In this document: piece by piece, positions 1 to 12,879 of the stretch
How the letters are laid out: each line of letters starts with the position of its first letter
Position numbering within the stretch: the stretch's first letter is position 1
Assembly: GCF_006345805.1 (NCBI RefSeq)
Contig: NC_043006.1
Location: 21,824,058-21,888,000, forward strand
Source of the DNA: Octopus sinensis
Taxonomy: Eukaryota
Length of the DNA stretch: 63,943 nucleotides
Direction of reading: 5' to 3'
Made by a program: the position numbers and the translations under genes
Notes under the pieces: generated by a model
Seen by the model: the letters and a program-made list of their open reading frames with translations, nothing else
Databases searched by the model: none
Told to the model about the DNA's origin: nothing

Positions 1-54
1 GGACAGAAGTGGTCAGACAGGAGAGCTAGGAAGAAGGGGAGATAATAAAGCAGT

Positions 55-582
55 GGTGATCCCAAACCGAAGGTGCGCGTGCGTGCGTGTGTATGTGAGA
101 GCATATGTGTGCGTGTGGATAGGGACTGCTGACCTTCACGTGTGGGTGTGTGGATGATGGTGTGAGTGCTGAGAAGTGGTCAATGCTAGTGTGTGCGGGG
201 TGGTGCGATGTAGTGTAGTGGTGTGGTGTGAGTGGTGATGTGTAGTGTGGTGTGTTGTGATGTGATGGTGTAGTGTGGTGTGGTGTGGTGATGTGTGGTA
301 TGTTGTGGTGTGGTGTGGTGTGGTGGTGTGGTGTAGTGGTGTGGTGCAGTGTGGAATGATGTGGTGTGATGGTGTTGGAGTGGGGATGTGGAGGGTGGGA
401 TGTGGGTGGGGTGAGTGGTGGGTGGGTGAGGTGGGTGGGTGGGGTAGGGTGAGACTGTGGTGTCGTTGCCCAGTCTGGTGTCTGGGAGACTGTGGTGTCG
501 TTGCCCAGTCTGGTGTCTGGGAGGTGTTCTGCGAACCGGTCAGCCAATCTGCGTCCCGTTTGACCGATGTACAGAGAAGGAC
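55..582 (-). mobile_element. Penelope-like element, decayed GIY-YIG endonuclease fragment interrupted by GT-rich simple repeat
   Basis: Minus-strand translation CPSLYIGQTGRRLADRFAEHL..RLGNDT (about 486-582) matches the YIG-x-T...RF.EH pattern of PLE endonucleases. A 35-bp tandem duplication lies at 451-520. Confidence 0.7.

Positions 583-642
<60 letters not shown>
582..642. repeat. (TA)n microsatellite, one of many (also 938-960, 1105-1210, 9436-9600, 9860-10110, 14640-14672, 15050-15115, 23950-24650)
   Basis: Direct reading. Confidence 0.98.
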
Positions 643-645
<3 letters not shown>

Positions 646-935
646 CGTTATAAAAATAAGGTTCAGTAAAATAATTTACTTTACCACACACTGAACTTTT
701 TAGAAATAGCAGCCAAAAATCTTAGCTATTTCTTCTACTGTAAGAAAAATATCCCAGACAATGCATACTCAAAAATAACTCACACAGGTATAGAGGGAAA
801 AATAACGAAAGATCACTGAACCCTATTTTTATAACGTAATGTTTCAAATATACCGTAAATGGTCTTTTAACATACTGAACACTTCTTGGTAAAATTAATG
901 ATATAATAATTATATTTTACCCTTTTATTATTGAC
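643..935. repeat. AT-rich dispersed repeat in rearranged form, with 25-bp inverted repeats at 643-667 and 815-839
   Basis: ttacgttataaaaataaggttcagt vs actgaaccctatttttataacgtaa (1 mismatch). Homologous to 14673-14830. Confidence 0.65.
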
Positions 936-987
<52 letters not shown>

Positions 988-1112
988 CATGCATGCATGT
1001 ATGCATGCGTGTAGTGTATGTATGTATAGCGCCTAATAATAATATAATACTGTAAGTGTTCCACGTGTTGTTGTTTTTTCTGTTTTCCCGTTTGGATTAA
1101 CATTTATATTAT

Positions 1113-1210
<98 letters not shown>

Positions 1211-1464
1211 TCTTTTACTTGGTTTTAGTCGAACGAATCGACCTGGTGCTATCTGTCTGCCACGCACTCACGATCGTCAGATTATGGGTTCGATTCCCAG
1301 ACCAGGTATTGCATTGTGTTCTTGAGCAAAGCACTTCATTTCACATTGCTCTAGTGATGTGTGGGGACCGGCATGTCAAAGAATAGAACCAACATTCTTG
1401 GTGCACGGCCATAACAACAGCAACGGCAGGGACAACAGCAACAACAACAACAGCACCAGCAAGT

Positions 1465-1791
1465 GGAGGCACAATGGCCCAGTGTTTTGGGGTAGTGGAC
1501 TCGCGGTCGAAGGATCGCAGTTTCGATTCCAAGACCGGGCGTTGTGTATGTTTATTGAGCGAAAACACCTAAAGCTCCACGAGGCTCCGGCAGAGGGTGG
1601 TGGCGACCCCTGTTGTAGTCTTTCGCTCCAACATTCTCTCACTCTTTCTTCCAGTTTCTTGTCCCCGACTTCCTACGCAACCGCTGAGCCTGGATGCGCA
1701 TTCATCCATCCGTCGATGCTCTCGGTGTCAGGAGTTGACCTGCTTTCTCTTCTGCGGGTCTTACGAATTGCAAAGGACCTCGTTTCGGACT
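1465..1791 (+). mobile_element. tRNA-derived SINE family C (head GGAGGCGCAATGGCCCAGTGG), tail variant b, followed by (GGT)n/(TGT)n
   Basis: A-box/B-box-like head (tggcccagtg...gtttcgattcc); body shared with 6878, 13175, 21401, 25526 and 36985. Confidence 0.85.
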
Positions 1792-2497
1792 GGTGGTGGT
1801 GGTGGTGGTGGTTGTGGTGGTGGTTGTGGTGGTGGTGGTGGTGGTGGTGGTAGTGATGGTGGTGGTGGTAGTATTGGTGGTGGTGGCTGTTGTTGTTGTT
1901 GTTGTTGTTGTTGTTAAGCAACAAGACGGGTAAGGATGATTAGGTGATGGTCTAGGGCTTAGGGGCGGGAGACCCCAGACTTTGGGGAAAAAAAAACTTT
2001 GGTTGTCTTGTTGTAGTCGAGGGCTCTTCGTTGACGCCCGACACCACTGGGAGGTAGCCCTCGAAATCGCTGGAAATGGAGATCTCCAGGTCCAAATTCT
2101 TGGACGGCTGCTGTTGTTACTACCGGACACGTTGCTGGTACTAACTATTGTTGCTGCTGCTGCTGATATCGCTGTTGTTGCTGCTGTTACTGCCGAGCAC
2201 CAATAACGTTGGGTCTATTCTTTGACATGCCGGTTCGTGCACAGAACCAGACCAACGTGAAATGAAGCGTTTTGCTCAAGAACACAACACGCACAACATG
2301 CGGCGGCCCGGTCCAGGACTCGAACACACGATATGACGGTCATGAGTGCAAGACCCTAACCACCTGCCCACGCGCCTTCAGAGGTTAGGCTTGTGTAAAA
2401 ATCCAGCCTTTGCTGTGAATGAGTATCGCTAGGTAACGTAGAAAGCGTTCGCTAATAGTTTTAAGTGCCTATGTAGTCGTAAGCAGATATAGCCACA

Positions 2498-4366
2498 GGC
2501 GGCGAGCTGGCAGAAACGTTAGCACGCCGAGCGAAATGCTTAGCGGTATTTCGTCTGCCGTTACGTTGTGAGTTCAAATTCCGCCGAAGTCGACTTTGCC
2601 TTTCATCCTTTCGGGGTCGATAAATTAAGTACCAGTTACACACTGGGGTCGATGTAATCGACTTAATACCTATGTCTGTCCTTGTTTGTCCTCTCTGTGT
2701 TTAGCCCCTTGTGGGTAATAAAGAAATAGGAATTTCGTCCGTGTTACGTTCTGAGTTCAAATTCCGCCGAAGTCGACTTTGCCTTTCATCCTTTCGGGGT
2801 CGATAAATTAAGTACCAGTTACGCACTGGGGTCGATGTAATCGACTTAATACCTATGTCTGTCCTTGTTTGTCCTCTCTGTGTTAGCCCTTGTGGGTAAT
2901 AAGAAATAGGAATTTCGTCGTGTTACGTTCTGAGTTCAAATTCCGCCGAAGTCGACTTTGCCTTTCATCCTTTGGGTCGATAAATTAAGTACCAGTTACG
3001 CACTGGGGTCGATGTAATCGACTTAATACCTATGTCTGTCCTTGTTTGTCCTCTCTGTGTTTAGCCCCTTGTGGGTAATAAAGAAATAGGAATTTCGTCC
3101 GTGTTACGTTCTGAGTTCAAATTCCGCCGAAGTCGACTTTGCCTTTCATCCTTTCGGGGTCGATAAATTAAGTACCAGTTACGCACTGGGGTCGATGTAA
3201 TCGACTTAATACCTATGTCTGTCCTTGTTTGTCCTCTCTGTGTTTAGCCCCTTGTGGGTAATAAATAAAGAAATAGGAATTTCGTCCGTGTTACGTTCTG
3301 AGTTCAAATTCCGCCGAAGTCGACTTTGCCTTTCATCCTTTCGGGGTCGATAAATTAAGTACCAGTTACGCACTGGGGTCGATGTAATCGACTTAATACC
3401 TATGTCTGTCCTGTTTGTCCTCTCTGTGTTTAGCCCCTTGTGGTATAAAGAAATAGGAATTTCGTCCGTGTTACGTTCTGAGTTCAAATTCCGCCGAAGT
3501 CGACTTTGCCTTTCATCCTTTCGGGGTCGATAAATTAAGTACCAGTTACGCACTGGGGTCGATGTAATCGACTAATACCTATGTCTGTCCTTGTTTGTCT
3601 CTCTGTGTTTAGCCCCTGTGGGTAATAAAGAAATAGGAATTTCGTCCGTGTTACGTTCTGAGTTCAAATTCCGCCGAAGTCGACTTTGCCTTTCATCCTT
3701 TCGGGGTCGATAAATTAAGTACCAGTTACGCACTGGGGTCGATGTAATCGACTTAATACCTATGTCTGTCCTTGTTTGTCCTCTCTGTGTTTAGCCCTTG
3801 TGGGTAATAAAGAAATAGGAATTTCGTCCGTGTTACGTTCTGAGTTCAAATTCCGCCGAAGTCGACTTTGCCTTTCATCCTTTCGGGGTCGATAAATTAA
3901 GTACCAGTTACGCACTGGGGTCGATGTAATCGACTTAATACCTATGTCTGTCCTTGTTTGTCCTCTCTGTGTTTAGCCCCTTGTGGGTAATAAAGAAATA
4001 GGAATTTCGTCCGTGTTACGTTCTGAGTTCAAATTCCGCCGAAGTCGACTTTGCCTTTCATCCTTTCGGGGTCGATAAATTAAGTACCAGTTACGCACTG
4101 GGGTCGATGTAATCGACTTAATACCTATGTCTGTCCTTGTTTGTCCTCTCTGTGTTTAGCCCCTTGTGGGTAATAAAGAAATAGGAATTTCGTCCGTGTT
4201 ACGTTCTGAGTTCAAATTCCGCCGAAGTCGACTTCGCCTTTCATCCTTTCGGGGTCGATAAAGTAAGTACCAGTTACGCACTGGGGTCGATGTAATCGAC
4301 TTAATACCTATGTCTGTCCTTGTTTGTCCCCTCTGTGTTTAGCCCCTTGTGGGTAATAAAGAAATA
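2498..4366 (+). mobile_element. SINE family A concatemer: one full-length copy plus nine 5'-truncated ~183-bp copies, head-to-tail
   Basis: cactggggtcgatg recurs at 2641, 2824, 3001, 3184, 3371, 3551, 3731, 3913, 4096 and 4279. Flanked by agatatagccacag at 2485-2498 and 4366-4379. Confidence 0.95.
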
Positions 4367-5076
4367 GATATAGCCACAGCCTCCGCTCTCTTAATTGTCA
4401 TATAGGAACAGCCAAGATGACAGCTGAAAGGAGAAGGGGCTGCGTACCATTACTCGGCTAGCATTCATTTTCAGTTGAATAGATTGGAGCAACGTGAAAT
4501 GAAATGACTTGCTTAGAGATACAACACACCGCTCAATGCAGGAGTGGAACCTACGATAGTTATGACCTCAAACAGAACCATTAAGCCGTGCATTTTCACA
4601 AGACAAGCTTGTATAAGTGCTGCAATTATTTCTATGTAATAATTTAAATTTTAAATGTAATGGCAAAGAATCATAAAATTTTTCTTTCAGTCTAGAAATT
4701 CTCTCACCGTTATAAATTACAGACGGTTTCTCCACCACAAGATCCAGCCCTTGTTGTGATGAGGTAGCTTGTGTGCTTCAATAAGAGTCTTCCCTGCTGA
4801 ACAAGTCAAAGGATCGAAGCCAGACCCCTCTGCACAGAAGTAAAAATTGCTTTGCGCAAGTTCAACACTCTTACCTAGAGAAAAAAAAAAGGCAGTTACA
4901 GAAGAGTCAATGTGAAATGATTCATTTTTGGACGGGGAAATGCAAAGAAAATAAAGCAATAAATAACAGCGCATAAATATTAGGTTAAAAGATTGGATAG
5001 AAGAAGTCGAAGGCTGCCGGTAAGACTCTTCTATAAATATGCCCATCTAATATTGGACCAGACCAGATAAGCTTAT

Positions 5077-5298
5077 CTCTTTCTCTTTCTCTTTCTCTTT
5101 TACTTGTTTCAGTCATGTGACTGTGGCCATGCTGGAGCACCGCCTTTAGTCGACCAAATCGACCCCAGGACTTATTCTTTGTAAGCCTAGTACTTATTTT
5201 ATCGGTCTCTTTTTTGCCGAACCGCTAAGTAACGGGGACGTAAACACACTAGCATCGGTTGTCAAGCGATGTTGGGTGGACAAACACAGACAAACACG

Positions 5299-5358
<60 letters not shown>

Positions 5359-5520
5359 TATACGACGGGCTTCATTCAGTTTCCATCTACCAAATCCACA
5401 CACAAGGCTTTGGTCGGCCCGAGGCTATAGTAGAAGACACCTACCCAAAGTGCCACGCAGTGGAACTGAGCCCGGAACTATGTGGTTCGTAAGCAAGCTA
5501 CTTACCACATTGCCACTCCT
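5077..5520 (-). mobile_element. SINE family B (head GGCGCAGGAGTGGCTGTGTGG, internal TA/CA microsatellite, AAAGAGT-repeat tail)
   Basis: Near-identical to about 17 other copies in the window; tRNA-like head with ggttcagtcc B-box. Confidence 0.92.
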
Positions 5521-6106
5521 GTTCATTAAAAACGAATATTTTTCTTTACTTGATTATTTACCAATAAGTATGCATATTTTCTTTTAAATTTTGGCACAAT
5601 GCCAGCAATTTCAGGGGAGGAGGTGAGTCGGTTACATCGACCCCAGTGTTCTACACGTACTTATTTTATCAACTCCGAAAGGATGAAACGTAAAGTTGAA
5701 CTCGGCGGAATTTGAACTCAGAATGTGAAGACGGATGAAATGCCGCTAACCATTTCACTCGGCGTGCTAATGATGATTCTGTCAGCTCGCTGCCTTATCA
5801 GAAAAATATTACAAACAACAATATCAGGTAGAGTGCTATTTAATAACACACAAGTCTTTAAAATATAAATTCATTTCAGGAGGTGTCAACATTTTCGTCA
5901 CGCAGTTGTGACCTGGTTACTGACACGGGTCCATTGCAATTGTGAGACAAAAATTTTGACATCTAAAATTAATTTAAAGTGAATTTAACAGTTTTGACAT
6001 CTAAAATTAATTTAAAGTGAATTTAAATGGTTCTTCCTCAATGTAGTTGTTTCAGTTTCCGTGCACGGTCATTTCCACTTTCGCTTTCTATGTATTTATG
6101 TATATA

Positions 6107-6491
6107 CTAGCAGTATCGCCCGGCGTTGCTCGGTTTGTAAGGGAAATAACTATATAAGCATTTTTAGAGAGTTATAGCCAAAAAATAGCAAAAAAATGCA
6201 TTAAAAATGGAAAAAAATTATGGTAATTTTTTTTTTAAATCGTTGACTCATCGTAGACATCTATAGAGAGTTACTTCCCTTATATAATAGCGAAGAAAAT
6301 GCATTAAAATGGAAAAAAAGATGGTAAATTTTTTTTTAAATTGTAGACGCGCGCTAATACCCAGAAGGGCTCGATATGAATCACGACTATAAGATACCCG
6401 GTTTTGGTTAAACTGCACCGCAAAATGAGGAAGTAGTTAGGAATCTAAATCGTAGGAGACAGACACACAACTTGACTTTTATATATAAAGA
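6107..6491 (-). mobile_element. Non-autonomous Helitron-like element
   Basis: On the minus strand: 5' TC start, 3' GC hairpin (ccgagcaacgccggg) then CTAG, inserted between A and T. Confidence 0.75.
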
Positions 6492-6877
6492 TATATCTAA
6501 AAAATGGATAATAAAATGTTAGTGTAAGCGTGGTGTTGATATTTACCAAGTAGTACTCAGAGAGATCTTCAATTCTAATTTTGTCATCCCGGTAAGTAGT
6601 CAAAAGTTTTGGAAAGACGGCTAGAATAATGATCGAAGTCGAGCGGGTATGGAAGCAGGAAGACAGACAAACGATAGCAGGTGTAAGGAATGTATTATGA
6701 ATAGTTACGTATATAATTTACATTATGTAATCGTTTCATATCTTTACAGCTGTTACGAATCATCGATGACAAGATGATATAGCAATACATTTTATGAAAG
6801 CATGGTCAATACGAAGGCAATAGTCACGGTAAACATAAAGCAAGGTAAAGTATCTACTAGACCCATATAAATTATAA

Positions 6878-7223
6878 GGAGGCGCAATGGCCCAGTGGTT
6901 AGGGCAGCGGACTCGCGGTCATAGGATCGCGGTTTCGATTCCCAGACCGGGCGTTGTGAGTGTTTATTGAGCGAAAACACCTAAAGCTCTACGAGGTTCC
7001 GGCAAAGGATGGTGGTGATCCCTGCTGTACTCCTTCACCACAACTTTCTCTCACTCTTACTTCCTGTTTCTGTTGTACCTGTATTTCAAAGGGGCCGGCC
7101 TTGTCACTCTCTGTGTCACGCTGAATATCCCCGAGAACTGCGTTAAGGGTACACGTGTCTGTGGAATGCTCAGCCACTTACACGAGCAGGAACCCTCGTC
7201 GTCGTAACCGACGGAGTGCTTCC
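6878..7223 (+). mobile_element. SINE family C, tail variant a, with internal deletions
   Basis: 11-bp TSD ataaattataa at 6867-6877 and 7224-7234. Confidence 0.9.
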
Positions 7224-8495
7224 ATAAATTATAAACTTAACTTTTCAAATAAACATATTTCTTACGCCTGTTATCGTGTGTTTATGCGTTTTCAAAGCAG
7301 CCGGAATATATATTCATCGTAATTTAATTCTTAGGATTTTCAATTTATGGACATATTTTAATCCTTTCAGTGTATGAAAAAAATTAGTAAAAAGAAACAC
7401 AAAAAAAAAAACATTGTTTTTTTGTGTTTGCTTTGGTGGCTTTTTCGCTTTTTTTTTTTTTAACTATTCTATTGGAAATAAGATGCGTGCTTTAAAAGAT
7501 GGAAGTGTTAAATCAAGTTAAGATTTCTGTTTAGGAATCAGAACATAATTGTTTGCGACACTAACGAAAGGAAGATGTCATATGTTAAACCGAACTTTGT
7601 AAAGACATCAACGAAGTGGAAATTGTGATAATTCTATTGTCAGTCACGTGATCAAATTAAATAAGAGATTTAACGGAATCTTTCAATCGGGCAACGTTAA
7701 TGTGTTTTCATTAGTGAATCTTATTGAAAATGTACAATAGGAGTCGTAATCTGTTGTCAACTGTTGATATAAGATGTAAAGAAATTGTCTAGGGCTGCAG
7801 AAGAAACAGGAGATTCAGATGACTATGGACATTTTGCCAGTCACATGACTCAGTGCTTGTTGTGTTGTGGTGGTTTCTGTGCCTCAGTGATCCTGAGTGC
7901 TATGCCAGGGATCGTAAGGGGCTGGTAGGGACTCAAACGCTAGACAAGTCAAAGGATAGAGGTCAGACTAATATGGACCACCTCTTCATAGAGGGAAAAG
8001 TAGGTTCGGGTAGGGTCAACAATCCTCTCTAGGAAAAAGTACTTACAGTAGCATCAAGGATGATTCAAAATCAATAATACTAGGGGAGGAATCATACTTC
8101 TTTCGTACCGGACGAATCCAACTGGAGGGAAGCGGAAAAAACAGCCCAGAGTCGGAAATAGTGGAGAAAAAATCGTCGGTGACCCTATTTTCCATAGAAA
8201 GCAAAGAGCTCAAGAAAGTTTGCGTTAGCAAGAATATAACGAAGGCCCAGCAACGCACAGCAGTCCCTAAATTGATTGGCTATTGATGGTTTGTATAAGC
8301 AGGAATCAGAAGGAAGGCGCCTCAAGAAACAACAGTTCATCTTAGAATACAACATACCAACAAACGAAGGAGCCTCTACGCACGCATATACACATTTGTG
8401 TATGTGTGGGTGTGCATGCATGTGTGTGTGCGTGCGTGTGCAAGCGTGTATGTGTGTCGTATGTCTGTGTATGTATGTGTGTGTGTGTGTGTGTG

Positions 8496-8541
<46 letters not shown>

Positions 8542-9434
8542 TGAGTGTACCAATGTTAAACAAAACGGTATTTGATATTTATGCGATGTAGTTATATAGG
8601 AAATAAGTATCTAGATAAATATCATTCATGCTTCACGGTGACATAGTCATTTTAGGGAACGGTGGGTGGGGACAATTGATTTGATTGATATCCGGTACTA
8701 TAACTGGTACATATTTTATCGATACTGGATAAAAGAAGGGAAAAATTGGCTCCAATTTGACTTGAACTCCGACAATTACTGATTACTGCAGGTTGTTTAG
8801 TCCACTCGTCCACTATATCAGTCTCTTTCGCGCTCTCTCTCATTCTCCCTCTCTCTCCCTCCTCTCTCTCTTTCTCTCTGTCTCTCTCTCTCTTTCTCTC
8901 TCTTATAAATACATTCATCAGGTTCGTCCGTCAGGGCGATGAGAATCATCTTAATCATCCTTAAGGATAATTGATGACTTGCGCGATGACTAAAGTGAAC
9001 AAGATTGTCACACCGTCGGCCACACTCTCTCGTCCGTGACCATTTGCCATCTAGTGCCAAGACCAAGTCGAGACGGATGGAGATGGAGACTGATGCAGTG
9101 GACGACCAAGAAGTCTTACTTGCCTCATCTCGCCCTCTGCGCTACACATTGAGTCCCTGCAACCGATTTCCCTTCAGTTGAACCAAGAAGGTTTCTTCCG
9201 CAGAGTCCGTCGGATCCAATCGTCAGATGCAGCGGTAGGCGAACCCTGGTACGGTAATTAACTCGTAGCAGGGCCCTTTACAGGTCCAAGTAATCCGAGT
9301 TATAACAGATCTGGGATCAATATTGGCTGCCACTCACCTAAAAAAACTGAAACTCCCGATCCAGGGTCCCACTAACGGATCCAATTTAAAGTCGTGAAGA
9401 TACATGCATATATATATATGTGTGTGTGTGTGTG

Positions 9435-9492
<58 letters not shown>

Positions 9493-9508
9493 CATATATA
9501 TATACATA

Positions 9509-9578
<70 letters not shown>

Positions 9579-9890
9579 CTTATATATATATATTGCTTAT
9601 ATATATATATTGCTTATATATATACTGCTTATACATTTTGAGAAGTAAGTGCTAGTGGGAGAGTCAAACCACTTAATATACAATGGGAACGGCATGAATG
9701 GGGTGAGGAGGTTTAGCAACGCAGTAATTTGACGATATCGCGAAAACAGCTCAGACGATGGAAGTTAAAAACCAAGAAAATAAACAAAAGTAAATTCAAT
9801 AAAATTACTATAAAATAAAATTAAAATGTGATAGAATTATGATGGTGTGTGTGTGTATGTATATATGTATGTATATATATATATATATAT

Positions 9891-9939
<49 letters not shown>

Positions 9940-10037
9940 TATATACATTATATATATACATATATATATATACATATATATATATATGTGTGTGTGTGTA
10001 TGTATATATGTATATATATATATATATATATTATATA

Positions 10038-10115
<78 letters not shown>

Positions 10116-10244
10116 GTATACGTAGAGACACATTAATTCTAAAACAATACATTGTAGAAATAATGTATTTCTACAATGTAGAAATAATATATACTTTTTA
10201 TACACTTATATTTTTCAAAATTATGATAAACATAGTTCTTTTTT

Positions 10245-11444
10245 AATTTAAAATATACCCTCCTTCATTTTCTACTAGGCTCTTCGATCTATCTGGTAGA
10301 CTTGCAAGGCACCCCTTCCAAAATTTACTTGCCCGTGGCGAAAAATACTCCTCCAGTGCTGTTCTGACCTCATCTACAGAAATTCATACTTTTTCCGTCC
10401 AAATGATTTTGAAGACTGCGGAATAAATGATAATCAGATGGGGAAATATCCGGCGAATGTGGTGGGTGGACATTGTTACCCACTCAAACTGTTCCAACCT
10501 TTGGGATGTCATCCTCGCTGTATATGGCCGAGCATTACTCTGATGGAAGAATATCGTTCGTCTTGAAACCAAAGATAGTCATTTTTCTTCTCACGCTGAC
10601 TTAAGCCGCTCAGGCTGCTCGCAGTACATCTCCTTTGTAATCGTTTGGTTTGGGCTTAAAAGTTCAAAGTGGACTAAACCTTTCATATCTCACCAAACAG
10701 ATAAGAGCACCTTATGTGGGTGAAGACCTTCTTTAGCCTGGGGTACCGGTGTTTCTCCTTTCCCTACCCACTGTCTTCGGCGCTGGGCATTTTTAGAGAG
10801 AACGCATTTCTTGTCACCAGTCACTATTCGGTCCAATAAAAAGTTCATTCGTGAGACGTGACAGCAAAGAGCAAACATTCACTCTCTGCACGCGATTAGA
10901 CTCGGAAGGTTTGTGAGGAACCATTGACCCAATCTGCTGACATTTTCGATGGCACGCAGGTGACGATAAATGGTTGAATGACCAAATCTAAGCTTCTCTG
11001 CTAGTTCCTCAACAGTTACGATGGGATTTTGTTCCACCAGGGTTTGCGGGACGCCCTCGTCGAGTACTACAGATCTTCCAAGACGAAGCTCATCTTCTAA
11101 GGTGTAGTTCCCGGCTCGGAATTTCTGGAACCACCGTTGACACTGGTTTACGCTTATTGTCAATATACCGCATTAATATTCCTTGCACTTCCGTAGCGTT
11201 GTTGCCTTTATTGAACTCATTAAGTAAAATATGCCGAATAAGCTTCTTTGCCACTTCTATTATAGTTCTGAAAAAATAACTATTAAAATCGAACTGCATC
11301 CTTCAAAACTTGCACTAAGAATAAGACAAGGAAAAATTACTCCCTACTTTTATAGAAAGTTGATACAAGTAGTTTATCCCGTCAACCTCCGACTTTTACT
11401 TCATGCAATTGAAAAAAATGCATTATTTATGGGATGGCACAATA
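10245..11444 (-). mobile_element. Mariner-type (DD34D) transposon, frameshifted transposase pseudogene
   Basis: Fragments HILLNEFNKGNNATE, QCQRWFQKFRAG, RIVTGDKK, HQSNARPYTA and PHSPDISPSDYHLF occur in order across frames. A candidate TIR lies at about 11420-11444; the other end is not evident. Confidence 0.9.
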
Positions 11445-11535
11445 ATTTGCGAAAATAATATTTCATATACATACATTCATTCATACATACATACATATAT
11501 ACATACATACATACATATTATTATTATTATTATTT

Positions 11536-11572
<37 letters not shown>

Positions 11573-11689
11573 CATCATCATATTATTATTGTTATTGCTA
11601 TTATCATTTTCATTATTGTTATTATTGTTGTTATTATTGAGTGAGAGAGCTATTCTTGCCATCAAAGTGACATTGGGGTAAAAATATAC

Positions 11690-12062
11690 GAGCCCAATAT
11701 ACCCATCATGACTACACGTCTTCAGGTCGAGTAGGGTTGTTTAAGGATGATGGACAAATCACCCATGTTTCTAAGAGTGAGTTATTCAAATCCAAAAGAA
11801 TCTCTCTCAACACATTGGCCATGGCGCTCCGTCGCTACTCCTGCTCGTGATCAGAGATGCACATATCGTCAGCCACTACGGGACATGCTCAACTGGTTAA
11901 GGTCAAGCAAATGACAAGCAAATCTGTGGCATTGAGCAAAATACTTGCTGTAAACCATCTTTTATACCAAAACATGTACATGATAACACTTCCAATCAAT
12001 TATGATCAGAAGCCATGAGAGTCATTGCCTGGTACTGCATCAGGTCCTTTATCATTATTATT
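11690..12062 (+). mobile_element. Probable LINE 3' end ending in an (ATT)n tail
   Basis: Mixed-composition block ending in a short tandem-repeat tail; family not identified. Confidence 0.4.
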
Positions 12063-12263
12063 AGGGCGAACCGGGAGGACCATTAGCACCCGGAGCAAAA
12101 AATGCTTAGCGGCATTTCGTCCGTCTTTACGTTTCTGAGTCCAAATTCCACCGAATTCTACTTTGCTTTCATTTTTTTTCAGGGTCGATACTTGCTGTAA
12201 ACCATCTTTTATACCAAAACATGTACATGATAACACTTCCAATCAATTATGATCAGAACCCAA

Positions 12264-12312
<49 letters not shown>

Positions 12313-12314
<2 letters not shown>

Positions 12315-12523
12315 GGCGGCAAGCTGGCAGAATCATTAGCACGCCGGGCGAATTTCTTAGCTGTATTTCTTCTGTCGCTACATTGTGAGCTCAAATTCCG
12401 CCGAGGTCGACTTTGCCTTTCATCCTTTCGGGATCGATGGAATAAGTACTAGTTGAACAATGGAGTCGATGTAATCAACTTATCCTCTCCCCCAAAATTG
12501 CTGGCCTTGTACTACAATTTGAA

Positions 12524-12559
<36 letters not shown>

Positions 12560-12815
12560 GTTATTGTTGTTGTTGTTGTTGTTGTTGTTGTGTTGTTATT
12601 ATTAGGGCGGCGAGCTGGCAGAATCGTAAGCACGCTGAACTGCTTAGCGGTATTTCGCCCGTCGCTACGTCGTGCGTTCAAATCCGCCGAGGTCAACTTT
12701 GCCCTTCATTCTTCTGGGGTCGATAAAATAAATACCAGTTACACACTGGGGTTGATATAATCGACTAGCTCCCTTCCCCCAAAAGTTTTCAAGGCCTTGT
12801 GCCTAGTGTAGAAAT
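12313..12815 (+). mobile_element. Two diverged SINE family A copies separated by (ATT)n/(GTT)n
   Basis: ggcggcaagctggcagaat heads at about 12314 and 12604, each with the gcctttcatcc..ggggtcgat core. Confidence 0.8.
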
Positions 12816-12825
12816 AATAATAATA

Positions 12826-12879
<54 letters not shown>

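Noticed and set aside
3206-3553. Recurrent ORFs of the type MRNWYLIYRPRKDERQSR and MLGGQTQTHKH
   Set aside because: Incidental frames in SINE A and SINE B copies.
2641-4366. Regularly spaced repeats resembling a CRISPR array
   Set aside because: Whole ~183-bp units repeat with no unique spacers, they match a dispersed SINE, and there are no cas genes.
6700-6790. Possible hammerhead on minus (cgatga...gaaac)
   Set aside because: The core box is degenerate and the helices do not close.
7860-8360. Coding-like stretch (LGEESYFFRTGRIQLEG...)
   Set aside because: Short, with stops, and no recognisable family; possibly a LINE 5' region, but not supportable.
9170-9235. CTGACGA...GAAA on minus
   Set aside because: No helix I or helix II pairing in register.
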